From: Terriglobia bacterium
Lineage (GTDB): Bacteria; Acidobacteriota; Terriglobia; 20CM-2-55-15
Assembly (NCBI GenBank): GCA_963664115.2
Contig: CAXWPJ010000002.1
Location: 992,001-1,056,000, forward strand
DNA length: 64,000 nt
Reading direction: 5' to 3'
Shown here one piece after another: positions 47,729 through 57,596 of this stretch; position 1 is the stretch's first letter, and the number at the start of each line of letters is the position of its first letter. The notes under the pieces are model-generated. The model searched no databases. It was not told the origin of the DNA and was given only the letters and a program-made list of their open reading frames with translations. Made by a program: the position numbers and the translations under genes.

Positions 47729-48646
47729 TCAGCCTACGGGGGTCAGCCAGCCCGCGGGCGCTGGACCGTTTCCGCTGACGATATCGAAAAATCGAGATTG
47801 GATCTGTTCGGTCACCGGGCCTCGCTTGCCCGTGCCGACTTCAATGCGGTCGACGGATCGAACGGGAGTGATTTCGGCCGCGGTTCCGGTGAAGAACAAT
47901 TCGTCGGCGATATACAGCCATTCGCGGGGAATTGCCTGCTCCCGAACCGTCAATCCAGATTCCTTCGAGATCGCCAGGACCGAGTCGCGAGTGATTCCGG
48001 CCAGAACGGACTGGGCGACGGCGGGTGTGTAAAGGATGCCATCACGGACCAGAAAGATGTTCTCACCGCTGCCTTCGCTCACAAAACCGTCTGTGTCCAG
48101 GGCGATGCCCTCAGCGTACCCGTTTGTTACGGCTTCGATCTTGATGAGCTGTGAATTCAGATAGTGGCCCGCTGCCTTTGCGGTCGCCGGAGACGAGTTT
48201 GCCGCGGATCGGGACCAGGTGGACACGCAAACATCCACTCCGGTCTCCAACGCTTCCTGTCCGAGATATGAGCCCCACTCCCACACCGCGATATAGGTGT
48301 CGATCGGGATTCCAGCCGGGTCGATACCCAGATGCCCGTACCCTCGCAGAACGATGGGGCGGATATAGCAGGCCTCCAGTTTATTAGCGCGAATCGTCTC
48401 CAGAACCGCTTCGGATAAAGCCGATTCGTGGTAGGCCATATCGAGCCTGTAAATTTTTGCAGAGTTTATTAATCTGCGAATATGAGCGTCCAACCTGAAC
48501 ACTACCGAACCCGCAGGGGTTTTATAGCAACGGATGCCCTCGAAGCAGGCCGAGCCGTAGTGGACGACATGCGAAAGCACGTGAATTTGGGCACTTTCCC
48601 AATCGATGAGTTCACCGTTACGCCAGATTTTTTCTGATCGAGTCAC
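47729..48646 (-). CDS. ilvE: Branched-chain amino acid aminotransferase
   Basis: HYG..CFEG, YIRP, AKA.G.Y, EGSGENIF, LAGITR, FFTGTAAE. Confidence 0.95.
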   Translation of the reverse strand: MTRSEKIWRNGELIDWESAQIHVLSHVVHYGSACFEGIRCYKTPAGSVVFRLDAHIRRLINSAKIYRLDMAYHESALSEAVLETIRANKLEACYIRPIVLRGYGHLGIDPAGIPIDTYIAVWEWGSYLGQEALETGVDVCVSTWSRSAANSSPATAKAAGHYLNSQLIKIEAVTNGYAEGIALDTDGFVSEGSGENIFLVRDGILYTPAVAQSVLAGITRDSVLAISKESGLTVREQAIPREWLYIADELFFTGTAAEITPVRSVDRIEVGTGKRGPVTEQIQSRFFDIVSGNGPAPAGWLTPVG

Positions 48647-48700
48647 GCGTCAATACCGGGATCAAAAGGTCCCTGACTCGCATGTTACACTGAGCCGACC

Positions 48701-49231
48701 ATGCTAACGGGGAAATTCCGCACGGGATTGGCTGTCTTACTGTTGGTAGGATTGATTGCGGGATGTGGCTATCGCTTGGCCGGAGAGCGTGTTGATTCAG
48801 GTGCAGGGCGGACCCTGGCCGTTCCTGTTTTTCGAAACCTCACAACGGACTTCAGGATCGAACAGCAGTTGACTGACGCCGTACGCCGCGAACTCATTCG
48901 GCGGACGCGCTATCGGGTGACACCGGCTGGGAATGGCGATGTCATTGTCGCAGGCGAAGTCCTGGACGTTACCTCGATTCCGATCATTTTCACCGACCAG
49001 GGGCGTGGTACGGCCTACACTGTTGCCGTTGCGCTGAGTGTCCGAGTGACCGATACCGCCGACGGCAGCATCCTGTTTCAAAACGACAGATGGACGTTCA
49101 GCGAGGTATTCGAGCTTTCGAACAACTCGGTAGAGTTTGTTCCTGAGGACTCTGCCGCAATCGATCGTCTGGCCGGTCAATTTGCGTCTTCACTGGTCGC
49201 GTCGCTCAATTACGCGAGCCGGAACCCGTGA
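48701..49231 (+). CDS. lptE: LPS assembly lipoprotein LptE family
   Basis: Lipobox IAGCGY, VPVF.N.T; directly upstream of holA. Confidence 0.78.
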   Translation: MLTGKFRTGLAVLLLVGLIAGCGYRLAGERVDSGAGRTLAVPVFRNLTTDFRIEQQLTDAVRRELIRRTRYRVTPAGNGDVIVAGEVLDVTSIPIIFTDQGRGTAYTVAVALSVRVTDTADGSILFQNDRWTFSEVFELSNNSVEFVPEDSAAIDRLAGQFASSLVASLNYASRNP

Positions 49232-50181
49232 AGTTTTCCCAATTTCGGCAACACACGCCCTCAAATCCCAGCCATGTCTACGTGTTCGCTTGCGAGGACG
49301 ACTTTCTAGTCGAGGAATCCAAGACGACGTGGGCCCGCATCTTCGGAGGGACGTGGGATTTTGAGAAGCGGACCGTAAAGGAATTCGAATCCATCGATTC
49401 ATCTGAGCTGATGGAGTCGGCCCTGAGCCCGCCGCTGTTCGGTCCGTCGCGAGCGATACTGGTTACAAACGCCGGCAAGATTACAAAGAAAAGACTGGAA
49501 GACATCGGGCGCATCGGAGAACTGCCTCAGTCCTGGCTGAAGATAGTCCTGGTGGTGCAATCCCGGCGTTCAATTATCCGCGCAAAGCCGGCGATTCCCG
49601 TAATCGAAATTGACCCTCTACGGGCTGGAGACACGGTTCGCTGGCTGCGTGAGGGCTACGGTGTGTCTGCTGATGTCGCGCGATATCTGGTCGACAATCT
49701 GGGGACGGAACTCCAGACGCTCCATGCGGAAATGGAGAAGCTGACGATCTATCTGCGCGGAGCCCGTCCGCCGGAAATCCTGGACGTTGACCAGTTGATC
49801 CTGCGTTCGGAACAATTCGGCCCGTTCGAACTCGACGATGCCTTTTTAGGCGGCGACTACTCCCGGGCCGTGCGTGTGGTGGGTGCGATGATCGACGAAG
49901 GCGTCGTTCCTGTCCTGATCCTGTCCAGGATCGTTCGGGTCTGGCGGCAGATATTCGTGGGAAAGGTGCTGGAGGGGCGAGTTCCATCTGGCGACATTGC
50001 CAAGGCGGCCTCAATACCCCCCTGGAAAGCGGCTACCCTCGTCAACGCGTGCAGGCAATTCCAGTTGGAACACGTCGTTGAAGGTTTCGCCGTACTCCTC
50101 CGGGCGGATCGGGCGTTTAAGACCTCCTCCCCACATCCGGAACTCTATTTTGACGCGATGCTGTGGAAACTGATGCGGTGA
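49228..50181 (+). CDS. holA: DNA polymerase III delta subunit
   Basis: SPPLFG, EMEKL, FELDDA, D...KTS; context lptE-holA-rpsT. Confidence 0.85.
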   Translation: MKFSQFRQHTPSNPSHVYVFACEDDFLVEESKTTWARIFGGTWDFEKRTVKEFESIDSSELMESALSPPLFGPSRAILVTNAGKITKKRLEDIGRIGELPQSWLKIVLVVQSRRSIIRAKPAIPVIEIDPLRAGDTVRWLREGYGVSADVARYLVDNLGTELQTLHAEMEKLTIYLRGARPPEILDVDQLILRSEQFGPFELDDAFLGGDYSRAVRVVGAMIDEGVVPVLILSRIVRVWRQIFVGKVLEGRVPSGDIAKAASIPPWKAATLVNACRQFQLEHVVEGFAVLLRADRAFKTSSPHPELYFDAMLWKLMR

Positions 50182-50239
50182 CAGCGGACGGACCCGACCT
50201 GGCTTCACAGGGGATTGCAAAGCGGCATCAAGAGAGCTT

Positions 50240-50506
50240 TTAAGCGGCTATGGCGTTGGCGCGACGGTTCATTCTGGACTTGTAGCGCCGGGCCGTGTTG
50301 GCCTTAATCACGCCTTTTTGTACGGACTTGTCGATCAGGCTGAAGGTCTTCCGCAGCACGGTCCGGGCCTCGTCATTCTTGCCGTCTGAGATCGCCGTTC
50401 TCAGCTTCTTGAGTTGGGTCTTCAATTTCTGGCGGTTCATCTGATTAATGAGCCGTCGACTTTGATTCTGCCTGTTCCGCTTGAGTGCGGATGCATGGTT
50501 TGCCAT
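50240..50506 (-). CDS. rpsT: 30S ribosomal protein S20
   Basis: MANHASALKR, IDKSVQKGVI..NTARRYKSR. Confidence 0.97.
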   Translation of the reverse strand: MANHASALKRNRQNQSRRLINQMNRQKLKTQLKKLRTAISDGKNDEARTVLRKTFSLIDKSVQKGVIKANTARRYKSRMNRRANAIAA

Positions 50507-50529
50507 CTATGGATCACCTCAAACCCCGT

Positions 50530-50559
50530 ATGGTAGCAGTCTGCACTCTTTTCAGTCAA
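50530..50559 (-). promoter_or_regulatory. Sigma70-type promoter of rpsT
   Basis: TTGACT-18 bp-TACCAT. Confidence 0.5.
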
Positions 50560-50737
50560 TGCAGGGGCGGAAGCTTAGGGGATGCTGGAGTCGCTTCCGA
50601 AGTCGCTTCCTCATGGACCCCAGAGGCTCGGCTGTTGGAAAGACACCAACAAGGCTTTCCGCTACGGCCTTCCAGAGACGGCCTGTTCTCTTCGATCCGC
50701 ATGATATAATTCGTGCCAGAAACATAACTCGCCAAGA

Positions 50738-51742
50738 ATGAAAAAGACCATCCCCATCGGCGAAGGTGTCGCCGACCTGTTCGGTACTTACGACAGCAAC
50801 ATTAAGTATTTGGAATCCGTGCTCGGTGTCGAGGTCCGTATTGCGGAACACAATTTGACCGTGGAAGGCGACGATGCCGATGTCAGACTCGTGGACAGTA
50901 TCATTCAGGACTACGCCAGAGTTCGGGCTGAGGGCGTGAAGCTTTCCGAAGAGGACTTGAAATCCGTCATTCGGATAGTCTCGGAAGACAATTCCGTCAC
51001 CCTGCGCCAGGTGGTTAGCGAACCCCGCCAGTTTCAAATCGGGAAGCGGAACGTTTCACCGAAGACGCTCAATCAAAAGATCTATATGGAAGCCATTGAC
51101 CGATATGACATGGTCTTTGGTGTGGGTCCGGCCGGGACCGGCAAGACCTATCTGGCCGTCAGTATGGCTGTACGGGAACTTCTGGCAAAGCGCGTCAGCC
51201 GTATAGTCCTGACGCGGCCGGCGGTTGAGGCCGGTGAGCGGCTGGGATTCCTTCCGGGGACTCTGGAAGAAAAGGTCGATCCTTACCTGCGTCCGCTCTA
51301 TGACGCCCTCTATGACTTGCTGGACACCGAACGGGTCGAACGGTATCTCGACCGCCGTGTGATCGAAATCGCCCCGATTGCTTTCATGCGGGGGCGAACC
51401 CTGGACGATGCTTTCGTCATTCTCGATGAGGCGCAGAACACGACGCCCGAGCAAATGAAGATGTTTTTGACTCGAATCGGACGGTCCTCCAAGGCAGTGA
51501 TCAATGGGGACGTCACGCAAGTCGACTTGCCCTTCGGGAAACGGTCCGGGTTAATCGAAGCACGGCAAGTGCTGTCGGGAATCGAGGGCATCGTCTTTGT
51601 GTCGTTCGACGGACGCGATGTGGTTCGCCACCGTTTGATTGCGGATATCGTGCGGGCTTACGAGGAGTTCGGCGCCGATAATGGTGCGGGTCAGGGTTCG
51701 CTGGAGTTCAGATCGCCGGAAGCCAAGGTCGAGGCGGGCTGA
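50738..51742 (+). CDS. phoH: PhoH family ATPase (YbeZ-like)
   Basis: GPAGTGKT, RPAVEAGE.LGFLPG, FMRGRT, LDEAQN. Confidence 0.95.
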   Translation: MKKTIPIGEGVADLFGTYDSNIKYLESVLGVEVRIAEHNLTVEGDDADVRLVDSIIQDYARVRAEGVKLSEEDLKSVIRIVSEDNSVTLRQVVSEPRQFQIGKRNVSPKTLNQKIYMEAIDRYDMVFGVGPAGTGKTYLAVSMAVRELLAKRVSRIVLTRPAVEAGERLGFLPGTLEEKVDPYLRPLYDALYDLLDTERVERYLDRRVIEIAPIAFMRGRTLDDAFVILDEAQNTTPEQMKMFLTRIGRSSKAVINGDVTQVDLPFGKRSGLIEARQVLSGIEGIVFVSFDGRDVVRHRLIADIVRAYEEFGADNGAGQGSLEFRSPEAKVEAG

Positions 51743-52206
51743 TGACGTCGGCAATAGCTTCCGGCGGTGCATCCCCCGGGTCGTCCGATCTTGGAGAATC
51801 CGAACCCTTTCTCTTGATAAACCGGCAACGAAAGCATCCGGTTGATCGCCCCCGAATACTGGACTTCCTGTCTCGGCTTGTTGCGGACCTGTCCCCGGAC
51901 GCACCCTTTTCAGTCGTTCTAATCAGTGACAGGGTGATTCATCGATACAACCGGGAATACAGAGGACAGGACAAGGCCACAGACGTTCTTTCGTTTCCGG
52001 GAGACCCGCCATATCTGGGCGACGTTCTCATCTCTGTCGAGACTGCTTACGATCAGGCCGGACGGTCGAGGGTTTTGACTTTGGAAAGCAACATCAGACG
52101 ACTCGCCCTGCATGGATTGCTGCACTTGATGGGATTTGACCACGAAATTGACGATGGCCAGATGAGAGCCTTAGAAATCCGCCTGCGTCGTAGATTCCAA
52201 TGTTGA
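51742..52206 (+). CDS. ybeY: rRNA maturation RNase YbeY
   Basis: NREYR, TDVLSF, LGD, HGLLHLMGFDH. Confidence 0.95.
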   Translation: MTSAIASGGASPGSSDLGESEPFLLINRQRKHPVDRPRILDFLSRLVADLSPDAPFSVVLISDRVIHRYNREYRGQDKATDVLSFPGDPPYLGDVLISVETAYDQAGRSRVLTLESNIRRLALHGLLHLMGFDHEIDDGQMRALEIRLRRRFQC

Positions 52207-53468
52207 TCGAACTGGAACTATTTATAGCCGCGACCCTGGTCCTGGGACTGCTGGTGATGTCGGTTCTCGACTTCGCACTTGCCGCCGTGAACAAGATAGC
52301 ATTGCGGCGCATTACAGAACACCGGGAGGGGCGGCAGCGCCAATTGACAGAGGCGCTTGAAGAGGCGCGGGCCGAAGTGTTGATGGCCGTTCACATCACG
52401 ATTCAGACTCTGCTCATAGCGCTCGCCGTTCTCTTAACCGGGACGTTCCTAAGTTATCCGCTGCCGTTTTTCGCGGCTTTGCCGCTGGCGGCGGCAACGA
52501 CGTTGATCATAGTCCTGGCTTTCAGGCAGTTGGTTCCCAGAGCTATAGCCCTTCGAAGCCCGGCAGACGTGCTCGAGCGCCTCATTCCCGTACTTGCCGT
52601 TCCTTATTTCGTTCTTCGGCCTATCGCCCGGCTCATCACCGCGATGCTGAATCGCTTCCACCAATGGGACGAGATTGAAGCCGAGGAGGAAGAAGAGGCA
52701 TCCGAAGAGGAAATCCAGGCATTTATCGATGCCGGTCAGGAAGAGGGAATTCTCGAACAGGATGAAGGTGCCATGATTCAATCGATCGTCCAGTTTGGAG
52801 ACAAAGTAGCCCTGGAAGTCATGACGCCGAGAACTCAAATCACCGCGGCCGAGGTCGCATGGGATTTTGACAGGTTCGTTGGTCAAATACTGTCGAGCAA
52901 ACACTCACGGATGCCTGTGTACCGGGACGAACTGGACAACATCGAAGGGTTTATTCACGAACGGGACCTGTTGCGTTTGAACAGAAGTGGTGGAGCGCCG
53001 GACAGCCTGCGCCCCTTCCTCCAACCCGTACACTTCGTTCCCGAGACCAAACCGATCGACGATTTACTCGAGGAAATGAGGAGCAATGGACAACAACTGG
53101 TGCTTGTCGTCGACGAATATGGGGGCATCTCGGGGCTCATAACGATTGAAGACCTGCTCGAGGAAATCGTGGGTGAAATCAGCGACAGCCCGGGTTCTGG
53201 CAGTGCCAAGCTTCTGGACGAAGGTCGGGGAAGCTATCTTGTGCCAGGCACAACCGAACTGGATGTGTTGGACACACGGCTCGGCCTCACCGCCTTTCCG
53301 GACACCGAGTGCACCACCGTCAGCGGTGCCGTGGTGGAACTTTTCGGGCGCTTGCCCTTGTCCGGCGAACGGATCCGGCATGACGCGCTCGCAATCGAAG
53401 TCGTGGATGCGGATCGACGGAAGGTTCGGAGCTTGCGGATAAGCACACTCGCTTCGAAATCGGGATGA
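52200..53468 (+). CDS. Hemolysin/CorC-like CNNM-CBS protein
   Basis: N-terminal TMs, VMTPR, HSRMPV, VVDEYGG, TIEDLLEEIVGEI. Confidence 0.9.
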   Translation: MLIELELFIAATLVLGLLVMSVLDFALAAVNKIALRRITEHREGRQRQLTEALEEARAEVLMAVHITIQTLLIALAVLLTGTFLSYPLPFFAALPLAAATTLIIVLAFRQLVPRAIALRSPADVLERLIPVLAVPYFVLRPIARLITAMLNRFHQWDEIEAEEEEEASEEEIQAFIDAGQEEGILEQDEGAMIQSIVQFGDKVALEVMTPRTQITAAEVAWDFDRFVGQILSSKHSRMPVYRDELDNIEGFIHERDLLRLNRSGGAPDSLRPFLQPVHFVPETKPIDDLLEEMRSNGQQLVLVVDEYGGISGLITIEDLLEEIVGEISDSPGSGSAKLLDEGRGSYLVPGTTELDVLDTRLGLTAFPDTECTTVSGAVVELFGRLPLSGERIRHDALAIEVVDADRRKVRSLRISTLASKSG

Positions 53469-53469
53469 G

Positions 53470-54357
53470 ATGGCTGACGCTACTTTAAAATCAGGTTTCG
53501 TCTCCATCGTTGGACGCCCGAACTCGGGAAAGTCAACGCTGCTCAACCGGCTGGTCGGCCAGAAAATATCGATCGTTACTCCCCGGCCGCAGACCACACG
53601 CAACGTTGTTCGCGGCATCGTGACCGATGCTGAAGGCCAGATCGTATTTCTCGACACACCTGGAATTCACAAGCCGCTCCATCGACTGAACGAACGCATG
53701 ATGCGGTTCATGCTCGATTCGCTCAAGCACATCGACATTGTCATGTTGATCGTGGATGCGTCGGCCAGCCACGGTCACGGCGACGAGTTCGCCCTCGACC
53801 TGATTCGGAAAGTCCATACCCGGCGTTATCTCTTGCTGAACAAGATCGACAAGATTCCCAAGCGTCAGTTGCTGCCGCAGATCACACGCTACAGCGAGGC
53901 CGTCGACTTCGACCTCATCGTTCCCATATCGGCAAAGACCGGTGATGGCGTGGATGTTTTGAAAAAGGAAATCTATAAATGCCTGCCGGAAGGTCCACTG
54001 TACTATCCGAAAGAGCAACCGACCGACCAGCCGGAAAGGTTCCTGGTATCAGAAGTCATCCGCGAAAAATTGATTCTCATGACGCGTGAAGAGTTGCCGC
54101 ATGCCACCGCGATCGCTATTGAACGATTTGAGGAGGGTGAAGGCAGGCTCCAGATCTTCGCGTCGATCTTTGTCGAACGCGAGTCGCAAAAGAAGATTGT
54201 CATCGGCCGCGGGGGACAGGTGATCAAAGAGGTCGGCACTTCAGCCCGACGAGAAATCGAATCCCTGCTCGACAGGAGAGTGCATCTTGAACTGCACGTC
54301 AAGGTCAGAAAGAAGTGGCGGGACGATGAGCAGGTCCTCAAAGCCTTAGGGATGTAG
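53470..54357 (+). CDS. era: GTPase Era
   Basis: GRPNSGKSTL, PQTTR, DTPG, NKID, KH-domain VIGRGG. Confidence 0.97.
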   Translation: MADATLKSGFVSIVGRPNSGKSTLLNRLVGQKISIVTPRPQTTRNVVRGIVTDAEGQIVFLDTPGIHKPLHRLNERMMRFMLDSLKHIDIVMLIVDASASHGHGDEFALDLIRKVHTRRYLLLNKIDKIPKRQLLPQITRYSEAVDFDLIVPISAKTGDGVDVLKKEIYKCLPEGPLYYPKEQPTDQPERFLVSEVIREKLILMTREELPHATAIAIERFEEGEGRLQIFASIFVERESQKKIVIGRGGQVIKEVGTSARREIESLLDRRVHLELHVKVRKKWRDDEQVLKALGM

Positions 54358-54390
54358 ACGGGAAAACAAGTCAGGAACTCCGACCCCGAT

Positions 54391-54822
54391 TTACCACTCG
54401 CTATAAGGCGTGCCTTCTGTCGAAAGGGCAGGGGCGCCGCTGCGGACATCCACTACACCCGTATCGAGTTGATCGGGAACCATCGCCGTCGAGCCGAACT
54501 CGACTTGCCATGTCGTTCGTGAATCGGTGATCGGATCTTCAGGAACTTCACGCAGGTAACCTGCCGCGATCAGGTCTTCAAGAGATTGCGGCGCGGTTCG
54601 CTTGTCGGCGGTGTACTGATCGATGACGGAGCGGATAGAGTGGAGGTTTTCCTTGAGGACCGCTTCTTTTGCCCGGAGGATCGTCGCCTGGTACATCGGA
54701 ACGGCAATCGAAGCCAGGATGGCGATGATCGTCAGGACGATCATCAGTTCCAGCAACGTGAAGCCGCGCGTTCGGTTCAATCTACCACTCCGAGTACACG
54801 CTGCCGTCGAGAGCCAGCGCAT
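54391..54822 (-). CDS. GspG-like pseudopilin
   Basis: Prepilin site G/FTLLELM; YLREVPEDP; GTPYSEW. Confidence 0.88.
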   Translation of the reverse strand: MRWLSTAACTRSGRLNRTRGFTLLELMIVLTIIAILASIAVPMYQATILRAKEAVLKENLHSIRSVIDQYTADKRTAPQSLEDLIAAGYLREVPEDPITDSRTTWQVEFGSTAMVPDQLDTGVVDVRSGAPALSTEGTPYSEW

Positions 54823-55243
54823 TGGATCGTGTGTAGACGTCGAAGACGTTTTCGCCTCCCCATGAATTGGACTCTGGATCGTCCTGGTAGGAGCGCAAAC
54901 CCCATTCGGTGGAGTTTGTCATAGGGTCAACGAGAATTCGCCTGAGAAATCTTAACCTCCTGTCTACTGCGCCGATCTGATCCACGCCCTCGACCAGAAG
55001 TTCCAGGCCCTCGGGGTATCCCTCAGTACCCAGAGTGATTTCGATCAATCCAAGATCGGATGCTTCCTTGAATCGATCGATAGCCACCCGCATTTCCCGA
55101 AGGGCCCGCCGCAACTCGACTTCCTGCTGGCGCCGGATGGAGTTTCGGGCGAGTGGGACAGCCAAACCCGCGATGATAGCGATGAGCGTCACCGTGACGA
55201 TCAACTCGATCAGAGAAAACCCGTGTTGGCGGTGCCCCCTCAC
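54782..55243 (-). CDS. GspG-like pseudopilin
   Basis: Prepilin site G/FSLIEL; FLRR..DPM; DG..YSEW. Confidence 0.88.
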   Translation of the reverse strand: MRGHRQHGFSLIELIVTVTLIAIIAGLAVPLARNSIRRQQEVELRRALREMRVAIDRFKEASDLGLIEITLGTEGYPEGLELLVEGVDQIGAVDRRLRFLRRILVDPMTNSTEWGLRSYQDDPESNSWGGENVFDVYTRSNALALDGSVYSEW

Positions 55244-57471
55244 GGTGTGGTTATTCGGATCTCGGTGGCGGGAGCGGCCCGCGGAGGTGTTCCCGTGGAA
55301 CGGATTACAACATCGCGGATACGCAGTGCGGACGTTCCGCCGGCAAGGATCTCCAGCGTCAGTTCCAGGATTTGACCCTGGCCTTCCACCGCGTCAGCCA
55401 GGTTCGGCCGTTCGATGGTGACCCGAGCACGACCCTGATCACTGTCGATATTCTGGACCAGGGCGATGCTGCCGCCGTCCTGGCTTAGAAACCCGCCGTC
55501 GCTTATCTGCCGGAGTGCGACCATTGCCGGATCGAACTCGATCGTGAAGTCCGCACCGGTCATGTTCGGTGTGTCAATGAAGATCCCAAGTTGGGTGCGT
55601 GCGCCGGTTTCCAGCATAACGACCGGCACATCAAAGCTGAGGCGGTCGTCTCCGACTTCCAGGTCTGGGGCGGGTTCCGGTTCGGGTGCGAGTAGGAGAC
55701 TGTCCGCTTCGATTGCTTCACCGTCCACACCTGGAATTCCGAGAAAGCGTGTATTGGTTTCCGTCCCGACAAGGAGTCCTCGAAGGTTCCTGTCACTGAT
55801 ATTGGGCATCTTCACGATATGCGGTGTCAGCAGGATGATGATCTCGGTCTGGTCCTGTTGAGCCGTCTCGGTAGAGAACAGGCGTCCCAGAATAGGTATC
55901 TTGCTCAGCCCCGGGATCCCGGAACGTGCCACAGTTTCGATGTTGGTGATCAAGCCACCCAGAATGTTGGTTTCTCCCTCGCTCAGGCGGATTTCATGGG
56001 TGATTTCCCGGTTCGTGAATACGGGCAAAGATACCCCGCTGATTATATTGTTTCCCGCGGTTGCCTGTATCTGTACGACGACCTGCATCGAGATCTCCCG
56101 ATTCAGCAGGACGCGTGGCGTGATGTCCATGTTCACGCCGACATCGATGTATTGAAACTGAACGACGGGCGTTCCCGTGGCGCCAACAAAAGCCGGCTGG
56201 AAGCTGCCTTGGGCGACAGGTACACGGGAACCGATGCGGATGGTCGCCAACTGACCATCTGTAGCCCGCACGCTCGGGTTTTGAACCAAGCGCGTTCGGG
56301 AATCACTTTCCAGGAACCTAGCTATACCGTCAGGAATGACTATGTTGAAACTACCCGAGTTCAGGTTGTTGAGATCCCTAAGGTTTACTTGATTTCTCGC
56401 GCTCGCGGCGGGTCCTTCGCCCCCGACGAGCCCGGTGTCGGCCAGTCCGATACTCGTTCCCTGCGGCGGGAGTATGCCGAGTTCCCGAAGCGTGTTTCTA
56501 TCCACTTCGAGAACCGTTGCTTCGACGAGGATTTCCGGTTTGCTCTTGTCGATGTCATCGATGATTTTTTCTGCGATCGCCACCCGACCGGGCGTGTCCC
56601 GGATGATGATGGCGTTCATCGACGTGCTTTGGGCTATGAAGCGTACGTTCAGCAGCGTTCGAATCGCCGTGATGGCCTCGGTGATGTCGGTCGGGTTCAC
56701 GCTGTTGGTCAGGTAGATTGTTTTGAGGATGTGGTGCTCATAGTCCCGCCGCTTCTGCTGGTTGTCTGGCGAGACGATGAACGTGTTCTGGTTAATCGGT
56801 GTCCAGAACGTCCGGGTCTGGAGTCCCAATATGTCGAGAGCGTCGTAAACAGAGATGTCGTTCAACTCCACCGATATCTGGGTGGACCGGAAGTCGGGGT
56901 CGAAAATGACGTTGAGGCCGGAAAGTTCGGCTATCGTCTCGTAAATTGCCTGAGCCTCCTGGGTGATCCTGAACGAAATAGTGGATATCTCCGGTGAGAG
57001 CTGAAGATCGAGGTTCGGATCCGTCCTGGCGAGTTCTTTACGGACTTCGAATTCCTCGGCAGCGCTGGGGACATTCGTCGCTTCCGATTGCATCAAAACT
57101 TCCGCCCTCTCCAGTTCGACACGGGCAAGGTCGTGAGTCGGATCGAGTTCTATGGCGCGCATGAACTCGGCTATCGCTGTCTCCAACTCTCCTGCTTCCA
57201 ACGCTCTCCGACCGTTCTCAAAATGTTGAAACGCGGCGGCAAAGCGCGCCTGTTCCACCTTCAACCTATATTCGATCTCCCCAGGATCTTCACTGAGTGC
57301 CTCTTCATAGTGGGTGAGTGCTTCTTCGTAGTTTCGTAAGACCTCTGCTTCGATGCCCTGACGATAGGCCCCGCGGCCGGCGGCGCATCCCGCTGTGACC
57401 AGCAAGACTGCCAGGAAGGTGATGAGAGTTCCCGCCGGACCTGCGGATCGACGTGGACGTGTGAATTTCAT
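55240..57471 (-). CDS. gspD: GspD-like secretin lipoprotein with TPR N-terminus and C-terminal cohesin-like domain
   Basis: Lipobox TAGC, TPRs, FQYIDVGVN, IPGLSKIPILGRLF, beta-sandwich tail; start approximate. Confidence 0.8.
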   Translation of the reverse strand: MKFTRPRRSAGPAGTLITFLAVLLVTAGCAAGRGAYRQGIEAEVLRNYEEALTHYEEALSEDPGEIEYRLKVEQARFAAAFQHFENGRRALEAGELETAIAEFMRAIELDPTHDLARVELERAEVLMQSEATNVPSAAEEFEVRKELARTDPNLDLQLSPEISTISFRITQEAQAIYETIAELSGLNVIFDPDFRSTQISVELNDISVYDALDILGLQTRTFWTPINQNTFIVSPDNQQKRRDYEHHILKTIYLTNSVNPTDITEAITAIRTLLNVRFIAQSTSMNAIIIRDTPGRVAIAEKIIDDIDKSKPEILVEATVLEVDRNTLRELGILPPQGTSIGLADTGLVGGEGPAASARNQVNLRDLNNLNSGSFNIVIPDGIARFLESDSRTRLVQNPSVRATDGQLATIRIGSRVPVAQGSFQPAFVGATGTPVVQFQYIDVGVNMDITPRVLLNREISMQVVVQIQATAGNNIISGVSLPVFTNREITHEIRLSEGETNILGGLITNIETVARSGIPGLSKIPILGRLFSTETAQQDQTEIIILLTPHIVKMPNISDRNLRGLLVGTETNTRFLGIPGVDGEAIEADSLLLAPEPEPAPDLEVGDDRLSFDVPVVMLETGARTQLGIFIDTPNMTGADFTIEFDPAMVALRQISDGGFLSQDGGSIALVQNIDSDQGRARVTIERPNLADAVEGQGQILELTLEILAGGTSALRIRDVVIRSTGTPPRAAPATEIRITTP

Positions 57472-57596
57472 GATGTTTATAGAAAGTCTGTTCATGGTGG
57501 TGTTCGCTAATTCAGTAATATAGAGACTCAACCCAAGCCGCTCGAACGGGGGAATCTTCCTCCGGTGTCAACATTCGGTCGGTGGGTTTGGCACGA